Positions 9,198 through 18,356 of a stretch of DNA of 32,000 nucleotides are shown piece after piece. Numbering within the stretch: position 1 is the first letter of the stretch; every line of letters begins with the position of its first letter. The stretch is from Buchnera aphidicola (Neophyllaphis podocarpi) (GTDB taxonomy: Bacteria > Pseudomonadota > Gammaproteobacteria > Enterobacterales > Enterobacteriaceae). Both the position numbers and the translations under genes were made by a program. The notes under the pieces were generated by a model that saw only the letters and a list, made by a program, of their open reading frames with translations, searched no databases and was not told the DNA's origin. The stretch lies in contig NZ_OZ060386.1 in the NCBI RefSeq assembly GCF_964059055.1, positions 270,001 to 302,000 of the forward strand, read 5' to 3'.

Positions 9198-10097
9198 ATG
9201 CAAAAAATTATTTTACTTTTTTTATTTATTTTAGTTTCTTTTACTTGGGGAACTACATGGTTAGCTATGAAAATAGTATTAGAAACCATTCCTCCTATTT
9301 TTGCGACAGGATTAAGATTTTTATTAACTTCACCTTTATTAATATTAATAGCTTTATTTACTAAAAAAGATCTTTTTTTTCCTGAAGGGAAAAGATTTTT
9401 TCAATTTATTATTTCAGTTTTTTATTTTGCAGTACCATTTACATTAATGCTATACGGAGGACATTATTTAAATTCTGGAATTTCTTCCATTATTTTTGCA
9501 AATATGCCTGTTTTTGTGCTAGTTTTATCATCTTATATTTTAAAGAAAAAATTCTATTTATTACAAAATATAGGATCATTAATATCTATTTCTTCTTTAG
9601 TTTATTTATTGATAGAAAATATCTATAATCTAAATTTTTTAAAAATTAAAGGAATTTTAGCATTAGTGTCAGCTATGATAATTCATGCATTAGTTTATAC
9701 TCAATGTAAAAAACAATTACTAAATGTTTCAGTTATTACTTTTAATGCCTTACCTTCATTTTTCTCAGGAATTATTTTAATAATAATATCTTTTTTTGTA
9801 GAAAATCCGAAAATAAATGATTTTTCTTTGATATCTTTTACAGCTGTTATTTATCTCTCTATTTTTGCTGGAATTTTTGGTATATTATCCTATTTTTATT
9901 TACAAAAAAATGTTAGTTTATTTCATGCATCAATAGTTTTTCTAATTTTCCCTTTTATATCCATAGGACTAGAATCTTATTTTTATAGTTATAATATTTC
10001 TAATCAAGAATTAATGATTATGATGTTTACTTTATTAGGAATTTTATTAACATTAATACCAAAACAATATTTTAAAAAAATTAATTGTTTAAATTAA
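9198..10097 (+). CDS. EamA/DMT-family inner-membrane transporter (YedA-like)
   Basis: About 299 aa with roughly 10 hydrophobic helices in two halves. The N-terminal FTWGTTWLAMKIVLETIPPIFATGLRFLL resembles E. coli YedA IIWGSTYFVIRIGVESWPPLMMAGVRFLAAG. The track start at 9195 is TTG. ATG 9198 has AAGGA at 9183-9187. Confidence 0.8.
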   Translation: MQKIILLFLFILVSFTWGTTWLAMKIVLETIPPIFATGLRFLLTSPLLILIALFTKKDLFFPEGKRFFQFIISVFYFAVPFTLMLYGGHYLNSGISSIIFANMPVFVLVLSSYILKKKFYLLQNIGSLISISSLVYLLIENIYNLNFLKIKGILALVSAMIIHALVYTQCKKQLLNVSVITFNALPSFFSGIILIIISFFVENPKINDFSLISFTAVIYLSIFAGIFGILSYFYLQKNVSLFHASIVFLIFPFISIGLESYFYSYNISNQELMIMMFTLLGILLTLIPKQYFKKINCLN

Positions 10098-10139
10098 AAA
10101 TTATTGATTAATAAATAATTTTTTATGTAGTAAAATACT

Positions 10140-10811
10140 TTTCCTATTTTTATATTTTTAATTATATTAATGTGTGTACTTTTGCTATGGTACATTAACT
10201 TTTATTTTCTATAGAACAATCACAACATCTAATATTTTTTGAACTAATGCTAGATCAAAATACAATTAAAAACTAAAATGAGTATTCTTATATTGTTTAT
10301 AAAATACTTATGTCATACCTTTTTGTTTAAAAATTTATATAAAAAATATGTATTACTTATATGTTTGACTTTTTTCCAACATTTTATGTTATAAATAAAA
10401 TTAAATTACCCTCTGATTATTATAATAAAGGTAATAAAATTTTATTAATAAAAAAGTTGAATTTAAATTCACTTCAATTACTTTGCCTGTTCTAAAAATT
10501 TATTTGAGAAATAGTTGATAATACTATTTTAAATACAAAACTATTATTTAATTAAATATATAATCTAATATACAATTTAATACTTTTATGAAAAGTTTTT
10601 ATAATTTTATATTTAGATTTGACTGTATAGTACTAAAAATAAAATTTATTTTTTATATTTTAATAAATTTAGATAATTTTTATAGTTTTAAAGAATTTTT
10701 CCTAATATAATTGTCAGAAATACTAAAATAGTATAACTGATATAGGCTATTTTTCTTTATCATTTTACTAATACCAGCGATTAATATTATACGATTTTTT
10801 TTTAAAGTTTA
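10140..10811 (-). pseudogene. yciK: Degraded short-chain dehydrogenase/reductase gene, yciK-like (multiple stops and frameshifts)
   Basis: Minus-strand translation gives colinear SDR motifs in shifting frames.
- 10808-10683: TLKKNRIILIAGISKMIKKNSLYQLYYFSISDNYIRKNSLKL, flanked by TAA stops (cf. YciK DLLNDRIILVTGASDGIGREAAMTYARYGATVILLGRNEEKL).
- 10551-10531: LNNSFVF (cf. LHNAGLL).
- 10499-10404: ..GKVIEVNLNSTFLLIK.. (cf. QDVMQVNVNATFMLTQ).
- 10410-10384: GNLILFIT-TAA (cf. GSLVFTSSS).
- 10348-10334: YFLYK (the YxxxK motif).
Motif spacing of ~101 and ~41 codons compares with 104 and 42 in YciK. It is divergent from sohB, as yciK is in E. coli. Confidence 0.65.
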
Positions 10812-10928
10812 ATTGTAGTATTATTTAATTTAATTTTTATTTCAAATAGTAATTTTAAATTATTTACATGTTTTCTTATTATGATATATATAAATAATAA
10901 TTTTTTTATTTAAGGATTTAAATATAAA

Positions 10929-11963
10929 ATGCAATTAATAACAAATTATTTATTATTTTTAATTAAATTTACTACTATTATTTTATTCATTATATTTATT
11001 ATATTTATAATAACATATTTTAAAGATAGGATGAGTAAAAATACAGGAAAATTAATAATTAGTTCTCTCAATGATCATTATAAAGAAATGAAAGATACTA
11101 TTAATTTAAATAGAACAAAAGAAAAAATTAATAAAGAAACAGAACAACAAAAAATTCAAAATAATAATTATAAATTTAAAATATTTAAAAATTTTTTTAG
11201 AAAAACAAAAATATATTCAAATATTTATAAACCAAATTTATATGTATTAGATTTTAAAGGTAGTATTAATGCAAATGAAGTTGATTATTTAAAAGAAGAA
11301 ATATCAGCAATTATATCTACTGCAAAAAAAGAAGATCAAGTATTACTTAGGCTTGAAAGTAGCGGTGGTGTTATACATGGTTATGGACTAGCAGCTATGC
11401 AACTACATAGATTACGTCAAGAAGGTATTAAATTAATTGTTTCTGTAGACAAAATTGCTGCCAGTGGAGGTTATATGATGGCATGTGTAGGAAACCATAT
11501 AATGGCTTCACCGTTTGCAATATTAGGCTCTATAGGAGTTGTTGCACAAATACCTAATTTTAATAAATTATTAAAAAAATATAATATTGATATTGAATTA
11601 CATACTTCTGGAAATTATAAAAGAAATTTAACATTATTAGGAAATAACACTGAAAAAGACAGAATAAGATTTAAAAAAGAGTTAAATATTGCACATAATG
11701 TTTTTAAAAGTTTTATAAGTAGAATGAGACCTTGTGTAAAAATAAATAAAGTATCAAACGGAAAACATTGGTTTGGAAGTATTGCTATTAAAAAAAAATT
11801 AATAGATAGTCTTGGAACAAGTGATGAATTTTTACTAAATAAAAATAGAGATTTTAATTTAATATGTATAAAATATTTAAATAATAAAAATAGTTTTATA
11901 AATATAAAAAACAAAATTTTAAATACAATCAAAAAAATTTTAATAATTCTTCTACATAATTAA
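10929..11963 (+). CDS. sohB: Inner-membrane S49-family peptidase SohB
   Basis: 344 aa, colinear with E. coli SohB (349 aa). Matching blocks include LRLESSGGVIHGYGLAAMQLHRLR, DKIAASGGYMMACVGNHIMASPFAILGSIGVVAQIPNFN and DIELHTSGNYKR. AAGGA lies ~10 nt upstream of the ATG. Confidence 0.95.
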   Translation: MQLITNYLLFLIKFTTIILFIIFIIFIITYFKDRMSKNTGKLIISSLNDHYKEMKDTINLNRTKEKINKETEQQKIQNNNYKFKIFKNFFRKTKIYSNIYKPNLYVLDFKGSINANEVDYLKEEISAIISTAKKEDQVLLRLESSGGVIHGYGLAAMQLHRLRQEGIKLIVSVDKIAASGGYMMACVGNHIMASPFAILGSIGVVAQIPNFNKLLKKYNIDIELHTSGNYKRNLTLLGNNTEKDRIRFKKELNIAHNVFKSFISRMRPCVKINKVSNGKHWFGSIAIKKKLIDSLGTSDEFLLNKNRDFNLICIKYLNNKNSFINIKNKILNTIKKILIILLHN

Positions 11964-11970
11964 GTGACAA

Positions 11971-12035
11971 AATAAAACTTGGTATTTTGTTTATAAAATA
12001 TATATGTGTATATATTTTATAAACAAAGTTTTATT
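11971..12035. terminator. Long A/T-rich dyad between convergent sohB and suhB; candidate bidirectional intrinsic terminator
   Basis: Perfect 19-bp arms TTTGTTTATAAAATATATA (11986-12004) and TATATATTTTATAAACAAA (12009-12027) flank the loop TGTG. The outer 8 bp AATAAAAC (11971-11978) and GTTTTATT (12028-12035) also pair across a 7-nt bulge. U-rich tracts follow the stem on both strands. The dyad starts 8 nt after the sohB stop. Confidence 0.55.
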
Positions 12036-12079
12036 AAAGAATTAATTTTAAAAAACATTCATACATAATTTTAATTTTT

Positions 12080-12868
12080 TTATAAAATCATTTTTAAAAC
12101 TTTTTGTATTACTTTAGAATTACCTACTAATATATTACCAAAATTAGAATAATCATTACCTCCGTAGAGATCAGTAATTAAAGCACCAGATTCTCTAATT
12201 TGTAACTCGCATGTAATTAAAATACATGGCTTGATATTAAAATATATACATAAATCTATCCTATTGGAAGCTAAATATACCAATTCTAACATTTTAGATC
12301 CTGTAAATCTAAGATTATTACAATTAAAAATTAAATTTTTAATTTTTTTGTTATATATATCTAATCTATTTTCTTCTTTAAATATGGGTAAATAGTTAGT
12401 TGATATAGATAGACTAGATAAATTAAAATTGTTACTACATCTCATACGATAACCATTTATTTGAGCTCCTCTACCTCTTACGGATGTAAACAATTCGTTT
12501 CTCATAGGATCATATATAACAGAAATTTCAGTCCTATTTTTTATATATATAGCTATTGTAATCGCAAAGTGTGGATATTTTTTTAGAAAATTTATTTTTC
12601 CATCTAATATATTTATAATCCAATGAATATTTTTGTTATTTTTTTCTTTAATAATCCTTAATACAGAAACATTATCTACAACATAAATATGTTTAGGATA
12701 GTACCTTTTTATAATTTGTATAATTAAATTTCTAGATTTATAAATAATATTATTAATATATTCTTTATTATTTATATTTTCTAATGTCTTTTGATTAGTA
12801 TAACTTTGTACTAATAATTTTCCTGCATGACGGACAGCTTTTATAGCAACATTTAACATAGGATTCAT
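12080..12868 (-). CDS. suhB: SuhB (inositol-monophosphatase family / Nus-factor-associated protein) with divergent catalytic motifs
   Basis: 262 aa, colinear with E. coli SuhB ([19 protein letters not shown] vs [46 protein letters not shown] vs [27 protein letters not shown]). The metal-binding motifs are altered; see findings. Confidence 0.93.
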   Translation of the reverse strand: [262 protein letters not shown]

Positions 12869-13106
12869 ATTTTAAATCTCGTATTACTGAAAATATTTTA
12901 TAAAAAATAAAAATTTTTATTTTATCTGTTAGTGTAATAATACTTATTATATAACTTTTTTAAAAAATTTAATTTAATCAAAAAATTAAATTAAAACTAT
13001 TATATAAAATATAAATATATCTAATAATAGAAATAACGTTGATAAATAAATTTACATTAATTAATATAATAAACAATAAATAATAAATTAAGGTTAAATA
13101 ATATCA

Positions 13107-14228
13107 GTGTATTATTTAAATAACTATAAAAGAAGAAAATCTAAAAGAATTTATGTAGGAAATGTTCCTATAGGTGATAATGCTCCAATATCTATTCAAT
13201 CTATGACAAGCACAAATACTATAGATATAAAATCAACAATTAATCAAATTTTGTCATTAAAAAAAGCTGGAGCTGAAATAGTACGTATATCTATACCATC
13301 AATGCAAGAAGCTGAAGCCTTCAGAATAATTAAAAAAAATGTAAATATTCCTTTAATAGCTGACATTCATTTTGATTATCGTATAGCTATAAAAGCAGCA
13401 GAATATGGTGCAGATGGATTACGTATAAATCCAGGTAATATAGGTAATTATCATAGAATTAAACAAGTAGTTTTATGCGCAAAAAATTATAACATTCCTA
13501 TTAGAATTGGAGTAAATGCTGGATCATTAGAAAAAAAAATATTAAAGAATAACAAATTTCCAACTCCTGAGTTATTATTAGAATCTGCAATGAATAATAT
13601 AAAATATTTTGAGAAATTAAACTTTGATAATTTTAAAGTTAGTATAAAAGCATCTAACGTTATTCTAGCAATCAAATCATACGAATTATTATCAAAAAAT
13701 ATTGATCAACCCATACATTTAGGTATAACTGAATCAGGAGGTTTATTATCAGGAAGTATTAAATCTTCTATAGGTATAGGTTTATTATTATACAAAGGTA
13801 TAGGGGATACTATAAGAGTATCTTTAGCAGCTGACCCTATAGAAGAAGTAAAAGTTGCTTTTAATATTTTACAATCATTAAATATAAGACATAGAGGTAT
13901 AAATTTTATTGCTTGTCCAACATGTTCACGTAAAGAATTCGATGTAATTAATATAGTAAAAATTTTAGAAAAAAGATTACAAGACATAACTATTCCTATG
14001 AATGTTTCAATTATTGGATGTTCTGTAAATGGTTTAGGAGAAGCTTTAACATCTACAATTGGGATAGTAGGCGGAAAAAATAGTAGCGCATTATATCAAA
14101 ACGGAAATAGATTAAAAGAACGTTTAAACAACAAGGAAATGTTAGATATTTTAGAATTAAAAATTAGGAATCAGGCAAATATAATAAAAAATAAAAAAAA
14201 ACTTATCATAAAATGCAAAAATATATAA
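13107..14228 (+). CDS. ispG: 4-hydroxy-3-methylbut-2-enyl diphosphate synthase (MEP pathway)
   Basis: 373 aa with a GTG start at 13107. [26 protein letters not shown] matches E. coli Isp[27 protein letters not shown]. The Fe-S ligand blocks [12 protein letters not shown] and IIGCSVNG are conserved. Confidence 0.96.
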   Translation: MYYLNNYKRRKSKRIYVGNVPIGDNAPISIQSMTSTNTIDIKSTINQILSLKKAGAEIVRISIPSMQEAEAFRIIKKNVNIPLIADIHFDYRIAIKAAEYGADGLRINPGNIGNYHRIKQVVLCAKNYNIPIRIGVNAGSLEKKILKNNKFPTPELLLESAMNNIKYFEKLNFDNFKVSIKASNVILAIKSYELLSKNIDQPIHLGITESGGLLSGSIKSSIGIGLLLYKGIGDTIRVSLAADPIEEVKVAFNILQSLNIRHRGINFIACPTCSRKEFDVINIVKILEKRLQDITIPMNVSIIGCSVNGLGEALTSTIGIVGGKNSSALYQNGNRLKERLNNKEMLDILELKIRNQANIIKNKKKLIIKCKNI

Positions 14229-14261
14229 AAATAAAATTTTTTATAATAAAAGGTTATAATA

Positions 14262-15551
14262 GTGAGAAAAAATATTCAATCTATAAGAGGTGTAAAAGAT
14301 TATTTTCCAAATGAATTAAAATATCTTCATAATATTGAATCCATACTTAAACAAGTATTACATAATTATGGATACCATGAAATAAGATTACCTATTTTAG
14401 AAAAAACAGAATTATTTCAAAGATCAGTTGGTAATTTAACCGATATTATTAATAAAGAAATGTATAGTTTTCAAGATAAAAGAGGTAATAATATCACATT
14501 AAGACCTGAAGCTACTGTTGGATGTGTTCGTGCCGGAATACAAAATAACTTATTTAAGAATAATCAAATACATCGCTTTTGGTATCTAGGTCCTATGTTT
14601 AGATATGAAAGACCTCAATATGGAAGATATAGACAATTTTATCAATTAGGTGTAGAAGTGTTTGGTTTATCTGACATATATATTGAATTAGAATTAATTA
14701 TGATGTTAAATAGATGTTGGAAATTAATGGGAGTTGATAAACATTTAAGTCTTGAAATAAATTCAATAGGATCTGATAAATCTAGAAAAAATTTTTGTAA
14801 TAAACTGATTGATTTTTTAAAAAAGTATGAAAACCTCTTAGACACAGATAATAAAAAAAAAATATACAAAAATCCATTAAGAATATTAGATACTAAAAAT
14901 CCAGATGTATTAGAATTATTAAAGAAAGCTCCCAAAATTTTAAATTATTTAGATTTTAAATCTAAAGATAGATTCAAAAAATTGTGCAATTTAATGAATT
15001 TGAATAATATCACATATAAAGTAAACAATAATTTAGTTAGAGGGTTAGATTATTATAATGATATTGTATTTGAGTGGAAAACTATGAATCTTGGCAGTCA
15101 AGATACTATTTGTGCTGGAGGAAGATATGATTCGTTATCTTATAATTTAGGAGGTAATGATATACCAGCTATAGGTTTAGCGATAGGTATAGATAGATTA
15201 TCTATTTTATATAAATTAATATATAAATTAAAATATAATTCTTGTAAAAATAATATTTATGATTTATGTCTAATATCGCTTGAAGAAGAATTATTAATAA
15301 AAATTATTCAATTATCAGAATATATAAGAAACATATTCCCTAAAATATCTATATTAACAATTTTAAATAAAGGTAAAATTGGAGATAAACTATCATATGC
15401 CAATAAAATTGGTGTTAAAATAGCTATAATTTTAGGGAAAAAAGAATTTATTAATAATACTTATATCATTAAAAATTTACAAAAAAATATTCAGAAGACT
15501 GTTGAAAAAAAACTTATAGAAAAAGAACTAAACAAATTTTTTTATTGTTAA
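14262..15551 (+). CDS. hisS: Histidine--tRNA ligase
   Basis: 429 aa with a GTG start at 14262. MRKNIQSIRGVKDYFP matches E. coli MAKNIQAIRGMNDYLP. Class-II motifs are conserved (LRPEATVGCVRAG, WYLGPMFRYERPQYGRYRQFYQLGVEVFG, ICAGGRYD). ispG-hisS adjacency is as in E. coli. Confidence 0.96.
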   Translation: MRKNIQSIRGVKDYFPNELKYLHNIESILKQVLHNYGYHEIRLPILEKTELFQRSVGNLTDIINKEMYSFQDKRGNNITLRPEATVGCVRAGIQNNLFKNNQIHRFWYLGPMFRYERPQYGRYRQFYQLGVEVFGLSDIYIELELIMMLNRCWKLMGVDKHLSLEINSIGSDKSRKNFCNKLIDFLKKYENLLDTDNKKKIYKNPLRILDTKNPDVLELLKKAPKILNYLDFKSKDRFKKLCNLMNLNNITYKVNNNLVRGLDYYNDIVFEWKTMNLGSQDTICAGGRYDSLSYNLGGNDIPAIGLAIGIDRLSILYKLIYKLKYNSCKNNIYDLCLISLEEELLIKIIQLSEYIRNIFPKISILTILNKGKIGDKLSYANKIGVKIAIILGKKEFINNTYIIKNLQKNIQKTVEKKLIEKELNKFFYC

Positions 15552-15713
15552 TTTATTTTTGATAAATTATATAAAATTTAATGAATAATTTTATATAGAT
15601 TATATTAAGTTTCTTATAAGATATTATCTTTAATAATTAAAAATTATTACTATAAAAATAATTTGATTAAATATTTATTAAATTTTTTAAAAATTAAATA
15701 AGGATATTTTATA

Positions 15714-16970
15714 ATGTTAAAAAACAACGTAAATTTTAAAGATTTTGATCCTATTATCTGGAATGCTATTCAAAAAGAAAACAAAAGACAAGAAGAACAT
15801 ATAGAACTAATAGCTTCAGAAAATTATGCTAGCATGTATGTAATGCAAGCACAAGGATCTCAATTAACTAATAAATATGCTGAAGGATATCCCGGCAAAC
15901 GTTATTATGGAGGATGTAAATATGTTGATATAATTGAAAATATAGCAATAGAAAGAGCAAAAAAATTATTTAATGTTGATTATGCTAACGTACAACCCCA
16001 TTCCGGTTCTCAAGCAAATTTTGCAGTATATTCTGCATTATTAAATCCTGGAGATACTATTATGGGTATGAATTTATCTCATGGAGGACATTTAACACAT
16101 GGATCACCTGTTAATATATCAGGAAAATTATATAATGTAATATCATATGGTGTAAATAAAGATCATAAAATAAATTATGAAAATTTATATTATTTAGCTA
16201 ATAAATATAAGCCTAAACTTATAATAGGTGGATTTTCTTCTTATTCTGGTGTTTGTGATTGGAAAAAAATGAGGGAAATATCAGACAGTATTTCTGCATA
16301 TTTTATGGTTGATATGTCTCATATAGCAGGATTAGTAATTGCAGATATATACCCTAATCCTATTCCTCATGCACATATTATTACTACTACTACACATAAA
16401 ACTTTAGGAGGACCTAGAGGCGGTTTAATATTAGTAAAAAAAGGAAATAATTCTTTATACAAAAAGATAAACTCATCAGTTTTTCCAGGAATTCAAGGAG
16501 GACCTCTAATGCATATAATTGCTGCAAAAGCAGTTGCTTTTAAAGAAGCTTTAAACAGTGATTTTAAAGAATATCAAAAACAAGTTTTAATCAATTCTAA
16601 ATTAATGGTTAATATATTTTTAGATAGAAAATATAAAGTTATTTCAAAAGATACTTATAATCATTTATTTTTGATAGATTTAAGTAATAAAAATATTAGC
16701 GGAAAAGATGCAGATATAGCACTAAATAAAGCAAATATAACTGTTAATAAAAATTGTATTCCTAATGATAAAAAAAATCCTTTTATAACATCAGGAATAA
16801 GAATAGGTACTCCAGCTATAACAAAAAGAGGTTTCCAAGAAAAAGAAATATATAAAATTACTAATTGGATTTGTGATATACTTGATAATATTAATGATAA
16901 TTATAAAATTTTATCGATAAAAGACAAAGTTTTAAACTTATGTAAACAATATCCTGTTTATAAAACATAA
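15714..16970 (+). CDS. glyA: Serine hydroxymethyltransferase
   Basis: 418 aa. [10 protein letters not shown]..., [16 protein letters not shown] and the PLP-lysine block [14 protein letters not shown] match the family. AAGGA lies 9 nt upstream of the ATG. Confidence 0.98.
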   Translation: MLKNNVNFKDFDPIIWNAIQKENKRQEEHIELIASENYASMYVMQAQGSQLTNKYAEGYPGKRYYGGCKYVDIIENIAIERAKKLFNVDYANVQPHSGSQANFAVYSALLNPGDTIMGMNLSHGGHLTHGSPVNISGKLYNVISYGVNKDHKINYENLYYLANKYKPKLIIGGFSSYSGVCDWKKMREISDSISAYFMVDMSHIAGLVIADIYPNPIPHAHIITTTTHKTLGGPRGGLILVKKGNNSLYKKINSSVFPGIQGGPLMHIIAAKAVAFKEALNSDFKEYQKQVLINSKLMVNIFLDRKYKVISKDTYNHLFLIDLSNKNISGKDADIALNKANITVNKNCIPNDKKNPFITSGIRIGTPAITKRGFQEKEIYKITNWICDILDNINDNYKILSIKDKVLNLCKQYPVYKT

Positions 16971-16998
16971 ATTAATTTAATAAATATTTTTTTTAATA

Positions 16999-17026
16999 CT
17001 TGAAAATATATTTTTAGACCTAATCT
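16999..17026 (+). promoter_or_regulatory. Candidate sigma32 (heat-shock) promoter of ibpA
   Basis: CTTGAAA (16999-17005) is an exact match to the sigma32 -35 core. After a 13-nt spacer comes CCTAATCT (17019-17026), versus the -10 consensus CCCCATnT (5 of 7 specified positions). It lies ~55 nt upstream of the ibpA ATG. CC dinucleotides are rare in these spacers. Confidence 0.45.
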
Positions 17027-17080
17027 TTAATATTAAGATATCACAAAATAATAGTATTTTAAAATATAGGAGAATTTGAT

Positions 17081-17539
17081 ATGTCATATCGTTCCTTCTC
17101 TTTAATCCCATCTTTTGATGATAACTTATTTTCAGATAGATTTAATCAAATTGATCAAATGTTTAGCAGATTAACTGGAGAAAAACCGTTATCCGAGTCA
17201 CCTAATTATAATTTTATACAACAAAGTTCCAAAAACTATCAATTAGAGATTTCTGTTCCTGGTTTTCATGAAAATGAAATAGATATTTCTGTGCATAATA
17301 ATAAATTAATAATAAAAAGCAAAAAAATAAAAGAATCAGAAGAAAGTAAAAAAATAAAATGGATACATAAAGGAATTTCTAATAAAAATTTTTCTTTTGA
17401 TTTTAGCTTAAATCATAAAATCAAAGTAGAAAGCGCTAAATTAGAACTAGGTTTGCTAAAAATCAACTTTAAATATGAAATTCCGGAAGAAGAAAAACCA
17501 AAAAAAGTATTTATTAAAAATAACTTAACAAACAAATAA
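17081..17539 (+). CDS. ibpA: Small heat-shock protein IbpA (alpha-crystallin family)
   Basis: 152 aa. The alpha-crystallin core YQLEISVPGFHENEIDISVHNNKLIIKS...HKGISNKNFSFDFSL...LELGLLKINF aligns with E. coli IbpA [28 protein letters not shown]...YQGIAERNFERKFQL...LVNGLLYIDL. A strong SD (AGGAGA) lies 6 nt upstream. Confidence 0.93.
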   Translation: MSYRSFSLIPSFDDNLFSDRFNQIDQMFSRLTGEKPLSESPNYNFIQQSSKNYQLEISVPGFHENEIDISVHNNKLIIKSKKIKESEESKKIKWIHKGISNKNFSFDFSLNHKIKVESAKLELGLLKINFKYEIPEEEKPKKVFIKNNLTNK

Positions 17540-17574
17540 AATTGATTATTTAAGAACTAATATTTTAATCAAAC

Positions 17575-17612
17575 AACACAGTTATTAATCATAATAACTG
17601 TGTTTTTATTTT
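17575..17612 (+). terminator. Rho-independent terminator after ibpA (between convergent ibpA and bioD)
   Basis: 13-bp stem AACACAGTTATTA (17575-17587) / TAATAACTGTGTT (17592-17604) with the loop ATCA, followed by TTTATTTT. The stem contains G/C pairs, unusual for this sequence. It starts 36 nt after the ibpA stop. Confidence 0.8.
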
Positions 17613-17669
17613 GTATAACCTTTAGTTTGAATAAATTATTAAATTAAATAAAAAATAAACTTTGATTAA

Positions 17670-18356
17670 TTAGTTTTGTGGTAATTTGATTAAATCATTT
17701 TTATAAAATAAATGTTTTAAATTTTTTGAATAGGGTATTTCACCTAAAAATGGTATTTTAAGCATATAATTAATAGTATTTATATAATCTTGGCAATAAA
17801 TACTTGGTTTTTTAACATTATTGGCAATCCATCCTGAAACATTTAAATTTGAAGATATAATTGCTTTGTATGTTAAAATTGTATGATTTATACATCCTAT
17901 TTTTAAATTAACTACTATAATAACTGATAATTTTTCTTTTTTAACCCAATCAGAAAATTTATTTTTATTAGATAATGGAGTATACCAACCTCCAGCACCT
18001 TCTATTAATAAAAAATTAGATTTTTTACTAATTTTTTTTAATCCTATAGATAAATTTGACATAGAAATTTTATACTTATTTTTTTTATTTAATATGTGAG
18101 GAGGAGCTTGTTCTTCAAAAAAAATAGGATTTATTTCTTTATGACTTAATTTAATACTACTATGATTTTGAATCATCAATGCATCTTTATTAAGTATTAG
18201 TTTATTATTTTTACATAAAATTGCTGATCCAGAAGCTATAGGTTTATATCCTACTGCTTTGTATCCTTTTTTATGTGCTATTTTTAGTAAAATACAAACA
18301 GCAACTGTTTTACCTACAGAAGTATCAGTTCCTGTAACAAACCAACGTTTTATCAT
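17670..18356 (-). CDS. bioD: Dethiobiotin synthetase
   Basis: 228 aa. MIKRWFVTGTDTSVGKTVAVCILL..GYKAVGYKPIASGS matches E. coli BioD MSKRYFVTGTDTEVGKTVASCALL..GYRTAGYKPVASGS. LLIEGAGGWYTPLS is conserved. It overlaps bioC by 4 nt. Confidence 0.96.
   Translation of the reverse strand: MIKRWFVTGTDTSVGKTVAVCILLKIAHKKGYKAVGYKPIASGSAILCKNNKLILNKDALMIQNHSSIKLSHKEINPIFFEEQAPPHILNKKNKYKISMSNLSIGLKKISKKSNFLLIEGAGGWYTPLSNKNKFSDWVKKEKLSVIIVVNLKIGCINHTILTYKAIISSNLNVSGWIANNVKKPSIYCQDYINTINYMLKIPFLGEIPYSKNLKHLFYKNDLIKLPQN

Noticed and set aside
12869-13106. Sigma70 promoter calls (for example TTGATA-N17-TAATAT near 13040, TTGACT near 24948)
   Set aside because: -10 and -35-like hexamers occur everywhere in ~90% A/T spacers. 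Without TSS data these calls have no discriminating power.
17027-17080. ROSE-like or fourU RNA thermometer in the ibpA 5' UTR
   Set aside because: No stretch is able to pair with the AGGAGA SD (no UUGCU or UUUU-containing stem opposite it). The only symmetry, TATTTTAAAATA, has no loop and does not cover the SD.
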